A DNA stretch of 62,639 bases, filler included, from Pirum gemmata (taxonomy: Eukaryota): the NCBI GenBank assembly GCA_002812295.1. It is 23 parts of 23 records of this genome, joined end to end, with 100 filler letters (N's around TTAATTAATTAA, not from the genome) between each part and the next. Parts side by side here need not be neighbours in the genome. Positions count along the whole stretch, not along the records: positions 60,232 to 62,639 come from PDIN01006299.1; 22 more parts are not named here. One strand, 5' to 3'. A program made the position numbers and the translations under genes. Positions within the stretch are counted from its first letter, which is position 1. The number at the start of each line of letters is the position of its first letter. Below are positions 62,596-62,639 of this stretch, piece after piece. A model generated the notes under the pieces. That model was given only the letters and a program-made list of their open reading frames with translations. It ran no database searches and was not told where the DNA came from.

Positions 62596-62639
62596 CTTTG
62601 GTTTGGTAAACACAGCACACACACACACACACACACACA

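Noticed and set aside
1..62639. Any multi-gene operon or cluster linking the enzymes (tyrosinase, flavoprotein, methyltransferases)
   Set aside because: Each lies on a different concatenated contig, so their proximity is artificial. No tRNA or rRNA genes were recognised either.

Overview
This is not a continuous locus. It is 23 short contigs or scaffolds (mostly about 2.2-2.5 kb, up to about 4.8 kb) from an AT-rich, intron-containing eukaryote, joined by an artificial 100-bp linker (N44-TTAATTAATTAA-N44), so adjacency across linkers carries no biological meaning. Most short ORFs in the track are translated microsatellites. Recognisable gene pieces, several with phase-consistent GT-AG splicing, are: a polyQ/N GATA zinc-finger factor, TCF25/Rqc1 exons, an AZUL-domain (UBE3A-like) gene start, an arginase-like first exon, a tyrosinase CuB terminal exon, an MLLE/PABC exon, an LCM/ML2640-type methyltransferase, a second methyltransferase-like protein of bacterial type, an intron-containing bacterial-type flavoprotein, a possible Agd3/CBM87-like secreted protein, a single-pass membrane protein with a PPxY motif, and several orphans. 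Mobile DNA includes Ty1/copia RT and integrase fragments, a decayed Ty3/gypsy RT, four multi-copy MITE families with clear TIRs and further dispersed repeats. The most unusual observations are: dense TA-(N1-4)-TA tracts that resemble stacked transposon excision footprints; pervasive interstitial and intronic TTAGGG arrays; two contigs where convergent genes run into each other through an (AAT)n tract; a copia pol with an in-frame Asn-rich linker of about 300 codons; and several near-perfect palindromes. All family assignments are from motif recognition by eye, not database searches. The taxon cannot be fixed from this window; a unicellular opisthokont-like protist is an inference only.
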